Both the position numbers and the translations under genes were made by a program. From positions 18,271-82,270 of the forward strand of contig CAVYZY010000013.1 of assembly GCA_963773095.1 (NCBI GenBank): a stretch of DNA of 64,000 nucleotides, read 5' to 3'. Shown here in pieces: positions 9,073 to 18,561 of the stretch. Under the pieces are notes generated by a model. It was not told where the DNA came from. It did not search any database and was given only the letters and a program-made list of their open reading frames with translations. Numbering within the stretch: position 1 is the first letter of the stretch; each line of letters begins with the position of its first letter. The DNA is from an uncultured Gemmatimonadales bacterium. Its GTDB lineage: Bacteria > Gemmatimonadota > Gemmatimonadetes > Gemmatimonadales > GWC2-71-9.

Positions 9073-10271
9073 CTATATAAGTCCAAGCCTCCGGCCAACT
9101 TGGGCAAAGACAGCAAGGGCCTGGTCCAGGTCGGCACGGGTATGCGCCGCCGAGACCTGACAGCGGACTCTTGCCTGACCCTGCGGCACGACGGGATACC
9201 CGAAGCCGGTGACGAAAACCCCTTCATCGAGCAGCATTTCGCTCATCCGGATGGCATTGGCGGTCTCGCCCAGGATCACCGGCACGATCGGGGTCTCCCC
9301 TGGCAACGGCTTGAAGCCCAGGGCCGTGAGCTGGTCCCGGAAGTACCGTGCGTTCTCCCGAAGGAGCGTCACCCGCTCGGGATGCGCCTCCAGGAAGCGC
9401 ACACTCGCCAGCGTGCTGGCCGCCACCGTCGGCGGCAGGGCGTTGGAGAAGAGCTGCGGCCGCGCCCGCTGGGTCAGGTAGTCGCACACCGCCTCGGAGC
9501 CCGCCACGAACCCGCCCGCCGCCCCGCCCAGCGCCTTGCCCAGCGTGGAGGTGATGATGTCGATCTGCCCCACCAGCCCGAAATGCTCGGCAGTGCCCCG
9601 ACCGGTGGCGCCCAGCACGCCCGTGGCGTGCGAGTCGTCCACCACCAGCACCGCATCGTGTTTCCGGCAGATCTCGAGCAGGTCGGGCAGCGGCGCGATC
9701 GCCCCCTCCATCGAGAAGACTCCGTCGGTGATCACCATCTTGATGCGCCGGTCCTTCGCCGCCCCCAGCCTGGCATCGAGATCGGTCATGTCGGCGTGCA
9801 GGTAGACCCCGGTCTGGCACTTGGTGATCGCCTTGGCAAGCCGCACCCCGTCGATGATCGAGGCGTGGTTGAGCTGGTCGCTCAGCACCAGGTCCTCTTC
9901 GCCCAGGAGTGTCCCCGGCACCGCCTCGTTGGCGCTCCAGCAGCTGACGAAACTGAGTGACGCCGGCGTCCCCACCAGGCGCGCCAGCGACTGTTCCAGC
10001 TCCCGGTGAATCGTGAACGTCCCGCAGATGAATCGCACCGACGCCGTGCCCGCACCGTACTCGGTCGAGCCCATCCTTGCCCGCCTGCACCACCTCCGGC
10101 TCGTTGCACAGGCCCGAGATAGTTGTTGGAGGAAAGGATGATGACGTCGCCGCGTCCCTCCATCTTCGCCCGCGGCCCCTGCGGACCGTCGAGATGGTTG
10201 AGGCGCTTGTAGACGCCATCGCGCTTGAACTCCGCGAGTTGAGTCGCCAGCCTACTATCGAGCGACGTCAC
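9073..10271 (-). pseudogene. kbl: 2-amino-3-ketobutyrate CoA ligase (glycine C-acetyltransferase), reading frame broken twice
   Basis: Three frames carry consecutive Kbl segments: MTSLDS..VIILSSNNYLG (frame A), LCNEPEVVQAGKDGLD (frame B), and EYGAGTASVRFICGT...full PLP fold to the stop (frame C). The breaks lie near 10111-10116 (CTCGGGCCTG, where GGC CTG is expected) and 10060-10070. This could be an assembly error rather than a true pseudogene. Confidence 0.85.
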
Positions 10272-10291
10272 TTGTTGTCTCCTGTTCCCTG

Positions 10292-10354
10292 TTCCCGCAG
10301 TTGCAGTTCCTCCTCACGCCGTCGCCGCTCCCCCTCACGCAGTCACTTCAAGGA
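10292..10354 (+). repeat. 21-nt periodic repeat (CTCACGC-type units) in the tdh-kbl junction
   Basis: Units are ttcccgcagttgcagttcctc / ctcacgccgtcgccgctcccc / ctcacgcagtcacttcaagga. The tdh stop is the TCA inside the third cTCAcgc. The first unit matches the unit at 18132-18152 at 17/21 positions. Confidence 0.65.
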
Positions 10355-11378
10355 TCACCTTGCCCGCGCTCCCATCCTTGATCACCTGGATCGCATCCGC
10401 AATCCGTTCCAGCGGGAACCGGTGCGTAATCACCGGCCGTGGATCGAGCTTGCCGGCGCGCAGGAACCGCTGCATCTCGTCCCAGGTGCGATACATCCGC
10501 CTTCCCGTGACGCCGTAGAGCGTGAGTCCCTTGAAGATGAGGTCTCGCGCGAAGTCCACCTCGGTGGTGCGGCTTGGCGTGCCCAGCATGTTGATCCGCC
10601 CGCCCTGACGCGCCGCGGCAAACGCCTGTGCGTGGCCGCTCGGGTGCCCGCTCATCTCGCAGACCAGGTCGGCCCCGTCGCCGTGGGTCAACTCGCGTAC
10701 CCGCGCCACCACGTCGTCACTGGCGGGGTTGAGCGTCACATGGGCGCCCATGGCGCTCGCCAGGGCCAGCCGCGTCGGGTTGAAGTCGCTGGCGATCACC
10801 TGTGCCGCGCCGGCCGCGCGCGCCACGCCCACCGCGAAGCACCCGATCGGTCCGCAGCCCAGCACCAGCACGTTGGCGCCCGCGACCACCTGGCCCTCGA
10901 GCACCGTGTGCACCGCGTTGCCCATCGGGTCCATGATGGCCCCGATCTCCGTGGAGATTCCGTCCAGTTTCATCACGTTGGACGCCGGCATCGCGATGTA
11001 GTCGGCGAAGGCGCCGTCGCGGTCCACCCCGATGATCTGCGTGCGCCGGCAGAGGTGCGCGTCGCCCAGGCGGCACTGCAGGCAGTGCCCGCAGACGATG
11101 TGCCCCTCGGCGGTCACCAGGTCACCCACCGCCAGCAGGCCCGCCGCCGCCGCGTCCCGGCCCAGTTCGACGATCTCGCCTGCGAACTCGTGTCCGATCA
11201 CCACCGGCGGCTTGAGCCGGTTGCTGGCCCAGCTGTCCCACTCCCAGATGTGCAGGTCGGTGCCGCATACCCCGGCGTGATGCACCCGGATCAGGACGTC
11301 ATTCGGTCCGAATGACGGCTTCGGCACTTCGCACACTTCCATGCCGGGTCCGGCCTGCTTCTTCACGAGCGCGCGCAT
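10335..11378 (-). CDS. tdh: L-threonine 3-dehydrogenase (zinc-dependent MDR family)
   Basis: MRALVKK..GPNDVLIRVHHAGVCGTDLHIWEWDSWA..PPVVIGHEFAGEIVE..CGHCLQCR..VLGCGPIG. Start chosen at MRALVKK. The track ORF begins 17 codons earlier, at 11429. Confidence 0.93.
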   Translation of the reverse strand: MRALVKKQAGPGMEVCEVPKPSFGPNDVLIRVHHAGVCGTDLHIWEWDSWASNRLKPPVVIGHEFAGEIVELGRDAAAAGLLAVGDLVTAEGHIVCGHCLQCRLGDAHLCRRTQIIGVDRDGAFADYIAMPASNVMKLDGISTEIGAIMDPMGNAVHTVLEGQVVAGANVLVLGCGPIGCFAVGVARAAGAAQVIASDFNPTRLALASAMGAHVTLNPASDDVVARVRELTHGDGADLVCEMSGHPSGHAQAFAAARQGGRINMLGTPSRTTEVDFARDLIFKGLTLYGVTGRRMYRTWDEMQRFLRAGKLDPRPVITHRFPLERIADAIQVIKDGSAGKVILEVTA

Positions 11379-11412
11379 GCAATCCTGGGACTGGGGTGGC
11401 TGGGCATCGACA

Positions 11413-12833
11413 CTAGCGGCGGGGGACAAGATAGATCCCCGTCCCCGAGTGGTGAACCTCCATGTAGTTGCTGTCCAGGACCGCCATCTCCCCCGGGGCG
11501 GCCGGCGAGAGCCGCGCTCCGGGCGCCCGGTCCTGCAGCTGGATCAGGTCGAACTTCCTGGTACGGATCAGGGAGAGCACGTTGTCTTCCCCCGCGCGGC
11601 CCGTGAGCACCGCCTGCCGCGCGTTGAAGAAGTCGAGCTCGAATCCCCGGCCGGCCCAGTAGCAGAGCGCCGCCGTTTCGCAGGCTACCGGTCCCGGCAC
11701 CGCCCGGATGCGGGCCACATCGGTGGCGGTGAGTGCGGCCAGTGCCGCGGCATCGCCACCCTGGATGTTCCACCGGGCCACGAGGAGGGGACGTGATGGC
11801 AAGCGTCGCCACGCCGATCGTGAGCGCCACCGGGAGGAATCTCGCCTGGGGGTACTGCGCGGCGAGCGCCTGCGTCGCCCGGGCGACGATGATGCCGGCC
11901 AGGATGCAGACGCGACCGCGAGGTCGAAGAAGCAGTTGTAGTACACCCCCGCGCCACCGGCGGTGAACAGCGCGGTCGCAAGCGCCACGCAGGCATAGAG
12001 GAGCAGCACGCGCTCCGCTCCGCGCCGCGAAAGCAACCGGCGCCCGCGACTACCGCGGCCAGGGGCAGCGCCAGTACCGGCAGCGCGCGCTGGATGTTCT
12101 GCGCGACGTACAGCGGCTTCCACTGGCGCCCGGCCACGAGGCTCAGGATCGCCTCCCCGCCCCAGGTGAAGTAGATCACCCCCAGCGCCGTCACTGTCGC
12201 GAGTCCCCCGCCGATCGCCATCGCGACGCCGCGGCGCGGCGATTCCAGCCACACGGCGATGAGCGTGGCGATCGGCAGCGCGATCATGTTGTGCTTGGCG
12301 AGCCCCGCCAGGAGCATCAGCACCATTGCGCCGATGAGCGCGGCCGGCGAGTCCCAGTTCCGCAGGAGCGCCCACAGGCCGAGGGTGGAGAGCGCCAGGG
12401 CCAGGAGCTGCGGATCGTTCATCGCGACGTAGTCGGTGTACCCCACCAGGAACGTCGTGCAGAAGAGCATGCCGGTGAACCACCCGGCCGCGCGCGCGCC
12501 GGACACCATGCACGCGATGACTCCGGAGAACGTGGCCACCGCGAGGAGGCTGACGAGCGCGAGGATCCGGCCTGCCACGATCAGGTCGCCGGTGAGGCGG
12601 CCCAGGAGGGCCACGACGGCGAACGAGAGTGGCGGATAGTTGTTGAGGACTGGACCGGCGGGATTGAGGTAGAGCGGGCGTCCCGCCAGCCACGCCTGCG
12701 TGTGCAGCGCGTTCCACCCCTCGTTCGGGTTGAGCGAGATGCGCAGCGGCAGGAGCGCCAGCCGATCGGCCAGGATCGGCAGCGCGATCACGCCCAGTAC
12801 CAGGCAGGCAAGCCAGAGGCCCCGACGCGCCAT
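11413..12833 (-). pseudogene. Polytopic membrane protein, GT-C-like glycosyltransferase fold (ArnT/PMT/DUF2029-like), reading frame broken about three times
   Basis: The N-terminal 268 aa are clean TM-rich sequence (MARRGLWLACLVLGVIALPIL...LAGLAKHNMIALPIATLIAVWL). The sequence then continues in other frames: RGAERVLLLYACVALATALFTAGGAGVYYNCFFDLAV, VCILAGIIVARATQALAAQYPQARFLPVALTIGVATLAI, LLVARWNIQGGDAAALAAL...CYWAGRGFELDFFN...stop. The breaks lie near 12030-12045, 11905-11925 and 11778-11795. The functional call is tentative. Confidence 0.55.
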
Positions 12834-12882
12834 CGCTGGCGCCGGGGCCTCGTGAACGTCGCTCACCGCGATGACCGCTGTG

Positions 12883-15840
12883 TCACACCAGTACCGGCTC
12901 CCTCGTGCCCGCCCTCTCGATGCGCACAGCGCTGACCTTGAACGCCGCGATGCGCGCATAGGGGTCAAGCTGCGGATTGGTCAGCAGGTTGGCGGCGGCC
13001 TCGCGGAAGTGCATCGGCACGAACACCTGCCCGCGCGCCTGGCGGTCCGACACCCGCACGTTGATGCGCACCGACCCGCGCCGCGTCGTGAGGTCCACCG
13101 CGTCGCCGTCGCGCAGGCCCAGCGCCACGACGTCGTCCACGTGCATCTCCACGATCGGCACCGGTTCGCGGCTGTCGAGCCCCCGGGAACGCCGGCTCAT
13201 CGTGCCGGTGTGCCAGTGGTACATCTGGCGCCCGGTGTTGAGCACGAAAGGATACTCGTCGGATGGCAGCTCGTCCGGCGGGAGGTACTCCACGCCGATG
13301 AACCGGCCCCTGCCGTCCGCGGTGGGGAAGCCGTCCGCGAAGAGGAACGTGGTCCCGGGGTGGTTCACGTCGGGCACGGGGTACTGCAGTGAGCGCAACA
13401 CCCGCAGGCGGTCGTAGTTGACGCCCTGCCAGATCGGTGTCACCTGCGCCAGCTCGTCCATCACGTCCGATGGCCCGCCGTAGTTCGAGGGGAGCCCCAT
13501 TCGGTTGCTCAGCTCGATCAGGATGTCCAGGTCGAGCCGCGCGTCGCCCGGCACCGGCTGCGCCGGCTCCATGAGCTGGATGTGCCGGTCGGTGTTGATG
13601 ACCGTCCCTTCCTTCTCGGCAAACGACGAGCTCGCCAGCACCACATCCGCCCACCGCGCGGTCTCGGTAAGGAAGAGGTCCTGCACCGCGAGGAACTCGA
13701 GGCTCCGCACCCAGTGCTCGGCGTGCGCGATGTTGGGGTCGGAGAGGACCGGGTTCTCGCCCATGATATACATGCCGCGGATCGGGCTCCCCTCCGCCAC
13801 GATCTCCGTCACCATCATGCCCTTCTTGAGCGACAGGCTCTCCTCCGGAACCGCCCACGCGCCGGCGAAGATCTTCCGGACCTTGGGGTCCTCCACCGAG
13901 CGGTAGTCGGTGTACGCGAAGGGAATCGCCCCCACGTCGCTCGACCCTTGCACGTTGTTCTGGCCCCGGATCGGGATCATCGCCGAGCCCCAGCGCCCGA
14001 TCATCCCGCAGGCGAGCATGAGGTTGAGCAGGCTCGCCACGATGTCGGTGCCGGTGTTGTGCTGCGTCAGGCCCATCGCCCAGAGCGTCGAGGTGTTGGG
14101 TCCCCGCGCGTACATCTCCGCCGCAGCCCGGATCGTCGATGCCGGGATGCCGGTGATCTTCGCCGCCATCTCCGGAGTGTACGGCACCACCGCGGCCCGC
14201 ACCTTGTCCCAATCGTCCATCCGCTTCGCGATGAATTCCCGGTTCTCCAGTCCCATCGCGATGATGTGATTGAGCATCGCGTTGTACAGCACTACATCCG
14301 TCCCCGGCATCATCTGCAGGTGGATGTCGGCGCGCTCGGCGAGCTCGGTGCGCCGCACGTCCGCCACGATGAGCTTGGCGCCCTTCTTCACTGCCCGCTT
14401 GATCAGCGCACCGAACACCGGGTGCGTCTCGGTGGTGTTGGCACCCGAGATGAAGATGACGTCGCACGCCTCCTCGATCTCCCGCATCGACCCCGACGCC
14501 GCCGACGTGCTCATGGCGCGACTCATCGCCGCCACCGAGCTCGAGTGGCAGAGCCGGGTGCAGTGATCGACGTTGTTCGTCTTGAGGGCGCCGCGCACCA
14601 TCCGCATGAAGAGGTAGTTCTCCTCATTGGTGCACTTGGCCGACGCGAGCGCCGCGATCGAGTTGGTGTTCTGGTCGCGGATGCGCAGCAGCTCCTGCGC
14701 GGTGAGGCTGAGCGCCTCTTCCCACGAGGCCTCGCGGAACGCGCTGTACCAGGCCGGCGGGGTCGCCACGCGATCGCGCACGTCGTCGTCGCCGAGCGTC
14801 GGCAGCCCCGTCTGCGGCGGCTTGCCCTCCTGGCGCTTGGGCGGCCGCGGCTTGTCCTTCATGCCGAGGTCCTCGATCAGCTGCCACGGCCCGTCACGTT
14901 CCCGCGGCCACTCGCCGGTCCACTCCCACTTTTCGCCGTTGTGCTCCCAGCCCTTGCGGATGAGCGGCGCCTTGAGCCGGTCCCGGTGCTGCACGAAGTC
15001 GTACCCGAACCGGCCCTTCACGCACGTCGATCCCTGGTTCGGGCTGTACGCCTCGATGTCGGGGCTCGTCACGCGCAGGATGCGGTCACCCTTCACCTGG
15101 ATGTCGATCTGGCAGCCGACGCCGCAGTAGGGACACACCGACTTCGCGATCTTGTCGGGAGTCGCGAGCGCCTCGGAGCCGAAGCGCTGCTTGGGGATGA
15201 ATTCGAAGATGGCCCCGGTGGGACAGACCCGGACGCACTCGCCGCACCAGGTACAGCCGGCATGGTCGGGATTGCCGTCGCCTCCCACGATGATCTCGGT
15301 GTGCTCGCCCCGCTGCGCCACGTCCAGCACGCCCACCACCTGGATGTCCTCGCACGCGCGCACGCAGCGCGTGCACAGGATGCACATGCTCATGTCGTGC
15401 TGGATCATCCAGTCGCCCGGGCGCTCGTCGCCATGGCGAAGACCCAGGGTGCGCAGCGCCGGCGGGTGCGCGTCGTACCGCACCACGTATTCCTCGAACA
15501 CGTTCCTCGGCTCGGCGCGGCCGCCGTTTTCGAGATGGTCCCCGGGGTACCGCTCCAGCAGGAACTCGAGGACCCCCTTCCGGTTGTCCTTTGCCTCCGG
15601 CGACTCGGTCTGGACCGACATCCCCTCCGCGGCTTGCGTGAAGCAGGCAGGCGTGAGCTTCCCCTGGCCGTCCACCGACACCAGGCAGATGCGGCAGTTG
15701 GCCACCGTCGTGAGCTTGGGATACCAGCAGAGGGTGGGAATGTCGATGCCGGCCCCGCGGGCGGCGTCGAGAATCGTGGCGCCGGCCTTAAACTCGACCG
15801 GCGTCCCGTTGATCTTCATGGAGGGCATGCACGGCTCCAT
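12883..15840 (-). CDS. Formate dehydrogenase alpha subunit-like molybdopterin oxidoreductase with fused N-terminal 2Fe-2S/4Fe-4S domains (FdhF/YjgC/YrhE architecture)
   Basis: N-terminal ferredoxin-like domain (KINGTPVEFKAGATILDAA..CWYPKL..ANCRICLV). Cys clusters (CILCTRCVRAC, CTWCGECVRVCPTG, CPYCGVGCQ). Molybdopterin domains with CTRLCHSS (Cys, no in-frame TGA). C-terminal MopB_CT (FVLNTGRQMYHWHTG). The likely start is MPSMKING at 15828. Confidence 0.9.
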   Translation of the reverse strand: MEPCMPSMKINGTPVEFKAGATILDAARGAGIDIPTLCWYPKLTTVANCRICLVSVDGQGKLTPACFTQAAEGMSVQTESPEAKDNRKGVLEFLLERYPGDHLENGGRAEPRNVFEEYVVRYDAHPPALRTLGLRHGDERPGDWMIQHDMSMCILCTRCVRACEDIQVVGVLDVAQRGEHTEIIVGGDGNPDHAGCTWCGECVRVCPTGAIFEFIPKQRFGSEALATPDKIAKSVCPYCGVGCQIDIQVKGDRILRVTSPDIEAYSPNQGSTCVKGRFGYDFVQHRDRLKAPLIRKGWEHNGEKWEWTGEWPRERDGPWQLIEDLGMKDKPRPPKRQEGKPPQTGLPTLGDDDVRDRVATPPAWYSAFREASWEEALSLTAQELLRIRDQNTNSIAALASAKCTNEENYLFMRMVRGALKTNNVDHCTRLCHSSSVAAMSRAMSTSAASGSMREIEEACDVIFISGANTTETHPVFGALIKRAVKKGAKLIVADVRRTELAERADIHLQMMPGTDVVLYNAMLNHIIAMGLENREFIAKRMDDWDKVRAAVVPYTPEMAAKITGIPASTIRAAAEMYARGPNTSTLWAMGLTQHNTGTDIVASLLNLMLACGMIGRWGSAMIPIRGQNNVQGSSDVGAIPFAYTDYRSVEDPKVRKIFAGAWAVPEESLSLKKGMMVTEIVAEGSPIRGMYIMGENPVLSDPNIAHAEHWVRSLEFLAVQDLFLTETARWADVVLASSSFAEKEGTVINTDRHIQLMEPAQPVPGDARLDLDILIELSNRMGLPSNYGGPSDVMDELAQVTPIWQGVNYDRLRVLRSLQYPVPDVNHPGTTFLFADGFPTADGRGRFIGVEYLPPDELPSDEYPFVLNTGRQMYHWHTGTMSRRSRGLDSREPVPIVEMHVDDVVALGLRDGDAVDLTTRRGSVRINVRVSDRQARGQVFVPMHFREAAANLLTNPQLDPYARIAAFKVSAVRIERAGTREPVLV

Positions 15841-15943
15841 CGAACAGGCTGGGTCACCCCTCGGTGAGGGCGCCCCTGTTCGAGGTTAAGGGTCCTCGCC
15901 GGGTGGGGCAAGGGGTTGTCCTGCAGGGTGTTGCGTCCGGTGG

Positions 15944-16834
15944 TCAGGCCCCGGCGGCCTGTCGGTGTTCGGCGGGCGCTGGCTTTACCAGAACGCACCC
16001 GGAGGGGCGCGGTCCACGCTTCCGGCGGGGGGTTTCTTCGCGTTCCCAGCCGTCGTAGAAGGTGTAGACCGCCTCGGGTACCAGGGCGGTCGATGGCATC
16101 AGCACGTGCAAGCCGTGCTCATGGGTCTGCGCCTGAAGTGCGCGCAGTGCATCGAATCGGGTCGGGCTGTCCAGCTCCGCCAGGGCACCCAGATCGACGA
16201 CTACCATGTCGAACGGAGCGGTGCAGGGTGGTAGCCGGTAGCCGAACTGGACCATTTGAGCGAAGCAGCGTGTCGCGAGCGACTCCGTAGCGGCTCGCTG
16301 CTCCATCCGCTCTACCACGCCGAGGTCCGAGGCCCAGAACTCGACGTGGACGTCATGCGCCGCCAAGAGGAAAGTGCATGCCTCGGCACCGGGTCCCACC
16401 ACGAGAGCGCGGTCGGTGGGCACCAGCCGCGGCAGCAGCGGCACCACCGGGCACACCCCGTCCAGGCCCCAGTGGGTCGGCTCTTTCTGCGCCGCGCGCA
16501 GCTTGAGGAGGTGCGGTCCGAACTTTTTCTGGGTCTTGAGCTTGAGCCTCTTGAAGATGAGCTGGTCCACTACTTCGCCCATCAGCAGCTCGGTCAGGAC
16601 GAGCTGACCTTCATCGGACTCATCGAGCCCGTCCTTCGCCTCGCCCGCAAGGCGCATGAGTTCATCGCGCGTCACCGAGTTCTTGAACGCCTCGATGCGC
16701 TGCATGACGTATTCATGGTACAAATGGGTGAGGGACGGCGGCGGACGGCGGCCCCCGCCGCCGCGGAGGGCGTCGGCGGCAGTCAGCATGCGTAGGGCGC
16801 GTTCGGGGCGGAATTGAGAGCCATCTCGTTGCAA
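15944..16834 (-). CDS. Hypothetical protein (possible Rossmann/SAM-methyltransferase-like C-terminal half)
   Basis: Coding-like composition throughout. ALVVGPGAEACTFLLAAHDVHVEFWASD..FDMVVVDLG resembles a GxGxG nucleotide-binding fold. The start is uncertain (TTG at 16834 or ATG MLTAADAL at 16789). Confidence 0.55.
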   Translation of the reverse strand: MQRDGSQFRPERALRMLTAADALRGGGGRRPPPSLTHLYHEYVMQRIEAFKNSVTRDELMRLAGEAKDGLDESDEGQLVLTELLMGEVVDQLIFKRLKLKTQKKFGPHLLKLRAAQKEPTHWGLDGVCPVVPLLPRLVPTDRALVVGPGAEACTFLLAAHDVHVEFWASDLGVVERMEQRAATESLATRCFAQMVQFGYRLPPCTAPFDMVVVDLGALAELDSPTRFDALRALQAQTHEHGLHVLMPSTALVPEAVYTFYDGWEREETPRRKRGPRPSGCVLVKPAPAEHRQAAGA

Positions 16835-16884
16835 GCTCGATAATTAGCTCAAATCAGTCAAGCCGCGAAAAACCCGACAGTGCG

Positions 16885-16949
16885 TCTCCGGCTGCTCCGC
16901 TGGTTCTCCCGCTCCTGGTTCCTCCGCTGTCGTCGTTCCCCCGACGTCC
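16885..16949 (+). repeat. Degenerate pyrimidine-rich tandem repeat downstream of the rlmI-like gene
   Basis: cgctggttctcc / cgctcctggttcctc / cgctgtcgtcgttccc, in the same C/T-rich style as the other junction repeats. Confidence 0.4.
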
Positions 16950-18122
16950 TCACTTCAAGGCCCGAACCAGCGCCCCCTTGAGGTACCCGGTCTCGGGCAC
17001 CGCCAGCAGTTCGGGATGGTCCACCCCCTGGCCCAGCACCTGTTCCAGGATGAGCGGCCGGCCCGCGTCGGCCGCTGCGCTCGCAAGCATCTCCAGGAAG
17101 TCGGCCCGCCGCACATGGTGCGAGCACGACGCCGTCAGCAGCACGCCGCCCGGCGCCAGAATCCGCATCGCCCGGCGATTCACCTCGGCGTATCCCTTGA
17201 GCGCCTGCGGCACAGACGACCGCGATTTCGCGAAGGCGGGTGGATCGAGCGCGATCGCGTCGAACCGCTCGCGCCCGCGGTCGAAGTCGCGCAGCAGGTC
17301 GAAGGCGTCCCCCTCGACCCAGCTGATGTTGGTGAACCTGTTGAGCGAGGCGTTCTGTCGTCCTCGCTCCAGGGCGTCCGCGCTCGCATCCAGCGCGACG
17401 ACCGTGCTGCAGCGCGATGCGAGGTGCAGCGCGAACGATCCGTGATAGGCGAAGCAGTCGAGACCGCGCCCGCCCGGCCGCGCCTCGGCGGCCAGCAGCA
17501 TGCGGCCTGGGCGCTGGTCGAGGAAGGCGCCGGTCTTCTGTCCCGTCCACGGCGCGGCGAGGTAGTGCACCGTTCCCTCGCGCACGTCGATCGATTCGGG
17601 CACCGTTCCGGCCACGAGCTCGATGCCCGCGGACAACCCCTCACGCTGCCGCGTCGAGTTGTCGTGCCGCAGCAGGATTCCTTCGGGCTGCAGCACGTCC
17701 GCAATGGCGGCGAGGATCTCGCCGCGCATCGTCTCCAGCCCGGCCGAGAGCAGCTGGGCTACGACCCACCGGTCATAGCGGTCGATGATGAGGGACGGGA
17801 GACCGTCGCCCTCGGCGTGCACCACGCGGTAGGCGGCGGCATCGATGCCCGCTCGTCGCGCGAGGCAGCCCTCGAGGCGCGCGCGCCACCAGGCGGCGTC
17901 GACCGGCCGGTCACTGCGCTCGAGAAGCCGGAGCTGGATCTCCGATCGGGGAGAGAAGAGTGCCTGGCCCAGGAACTTTTCACGAGGATCGAGGACCGGG
18001 ATGAGACCCGGAGCGTCAGGAGCGGCTGCGACGTCGCTGCGATAGATCCACGGATGACCGCGGGTCCATCGCTCCGCCCCTCGCGCCGTAACCCGCGCCA
18101 GCGCTCCCCGCTCCCCGATCAC
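16950..18122 (-). CDS. rlmI: Class I SAM-dependent rRNA (cytosine-C5) methyltransferase, RlmI/PUA-domain family
   Basis: N-terminal PUA-like region (GHPWIYRSDV). Methyltransferase core (VLDCFAYHGSFALH, DAIALDPPAFAKS, GGVLLTASCSHH). Confidence 0.85.
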   Translation of the reverse strand: MIGERGALARVTARGAERWTRGHPWIYRSDVAAAPDAPGLIPVLDPREKFLGQALFSPRSEIQLRLLERSDRPVDAAWWRARLEGCLARRAGIDAAAYRVVHAEGDGLPSLIIDRYDRWVVAQLLSAGLETMRGEILAAIADVLQPEGILLRHDNSTRQREGLSAGIELVAGTVPESIDVREGTVHYLAAPWTGQKTGAFLDQRPGRMLLAAEARPGGRGLDCFAYHGSFALHLASRCSTVVALDASADALERGRQNASLNRFTNISWVEGDAFDLLRDFDRGRERFDAIALDPPAFAKSRSSVPQALKGYAEVNRRAMRILAPGGVLLTASCSHHVRRADFLEMLASAAADAGRPLILEQVLGQGVDHPELLAVPETGYLKGALVRALK

Positions 18123-18131
18123 CGCCCGCCG

Positions 18132-18194
18132 CTCACGCAGTTGCAGTGCCTCTTCACGCTGTTGCGGTTCCTCCTCACGCTGTTCCGGCGCGGT
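18132..18194 (+). repeat. 21-nt periodic repeat (CTCACGC units) in the aroH-rlmI junction
   Basis: ctcacgcagttgcagtgcctc / ttcacgctgttgcggttcctc / ctcacgctgttccggcgcggt. The aroH stop is the TCA of the third cTCAcgc. Confidence 0.7.
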
Positions 18195-18561
18195 CCGGCC
18201 TCAACCCCACGGCCTCCCGGAGGTAGATATGCCGTATCTCCGTCCTGGGCCGCGTCGTGTATGCATGCACCAGCAGCCGGATGCACCGCGGCAACGATCC
18301 CGGCACCGGGATCTCCGTCGAGTGCAGCAGCGCCACGATGTTCCAGCCGTACTCCTCGGCGGCGCGCGCCGGGAACGCCGCGTCCAGGTCGCTGGTCACG
18401 GTGAAGATGCCGCTCACGATGTCATCGGGCTGGAGGCCATTGCTCTCGATGAGGTGGTGCAGCAGCTCATCGGTCGCCTCGAGGATCTGGGCGGCATCGT
18501 TCGCGGCCACCGTGGTGGCCCCGCGGATTCCCTGCAGTCGGTAGTTTTCCCGGTCAGACAT
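18175..18561 (-). CDS. aroH: Chorismate mutase, AroH type
   Basis: MSDRENYRLQGIRGATTVAANDAAQILEAT..IFTVTSDLDAAFPA..CIRLLVHAYT..IRHIYLREAVGLRPD aligns along its whole length with B. subtilis AroH. The track ORF (247 aa) over-extends the N-terminus. Confidence 0.88.
   Translation of the reverse strand: MSDRENYRLQGIRGATTVAANDAAQILEATDELLHHLIESNGLQPDDIVSGIFTVTSDLDAAFPARAAEEYGWNIVALLHSTEIPVPGSLPRCIRLLVHAYTTRPRTEIRHIYLREAVGLRPDRAGTA

Noticed and set aside
9073-10271. Programmed ribosomal frameshifting in kbl
   Set aside because: Two +1 shifts about 45 nt apart, with no slippery heptamer or downstream structure, in a housekeeping enzyme. Indel error or mutation is far more likely.
12883-15840. Selenocysteine recoding in the formate dehydrogenase
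   Set aside because: The ORF is uninterrupted and the active-site position is Cys (CTRLCHSS). There is no in-frame TGA or SECIS requirement.
13582-15867. 761-aa plus-strand ORF antisense to the formate dehydrogenase gene (also 12965-14467 minus strand, off-frame)
   Set aside because: Arg/His/Asp/Pro-rich nonsense composition. The 985-aa minus-strand ORF carries all Fe-S and molybdopterin motifs.
16838-16865. AT-rich patch with TTGACT (minus strand) as a sigma-70 promoter for the hypothetical gene
   Set aside because: No -10-like hexamer lies at a 16-18 nt spacing. TAATTA is only 9 nt away. Too weak to call.
18541-18560. TPP riboswitch upstream of thiE
   Set aside because: There is no intergenic space, because the thiE start abuts the aroH start.
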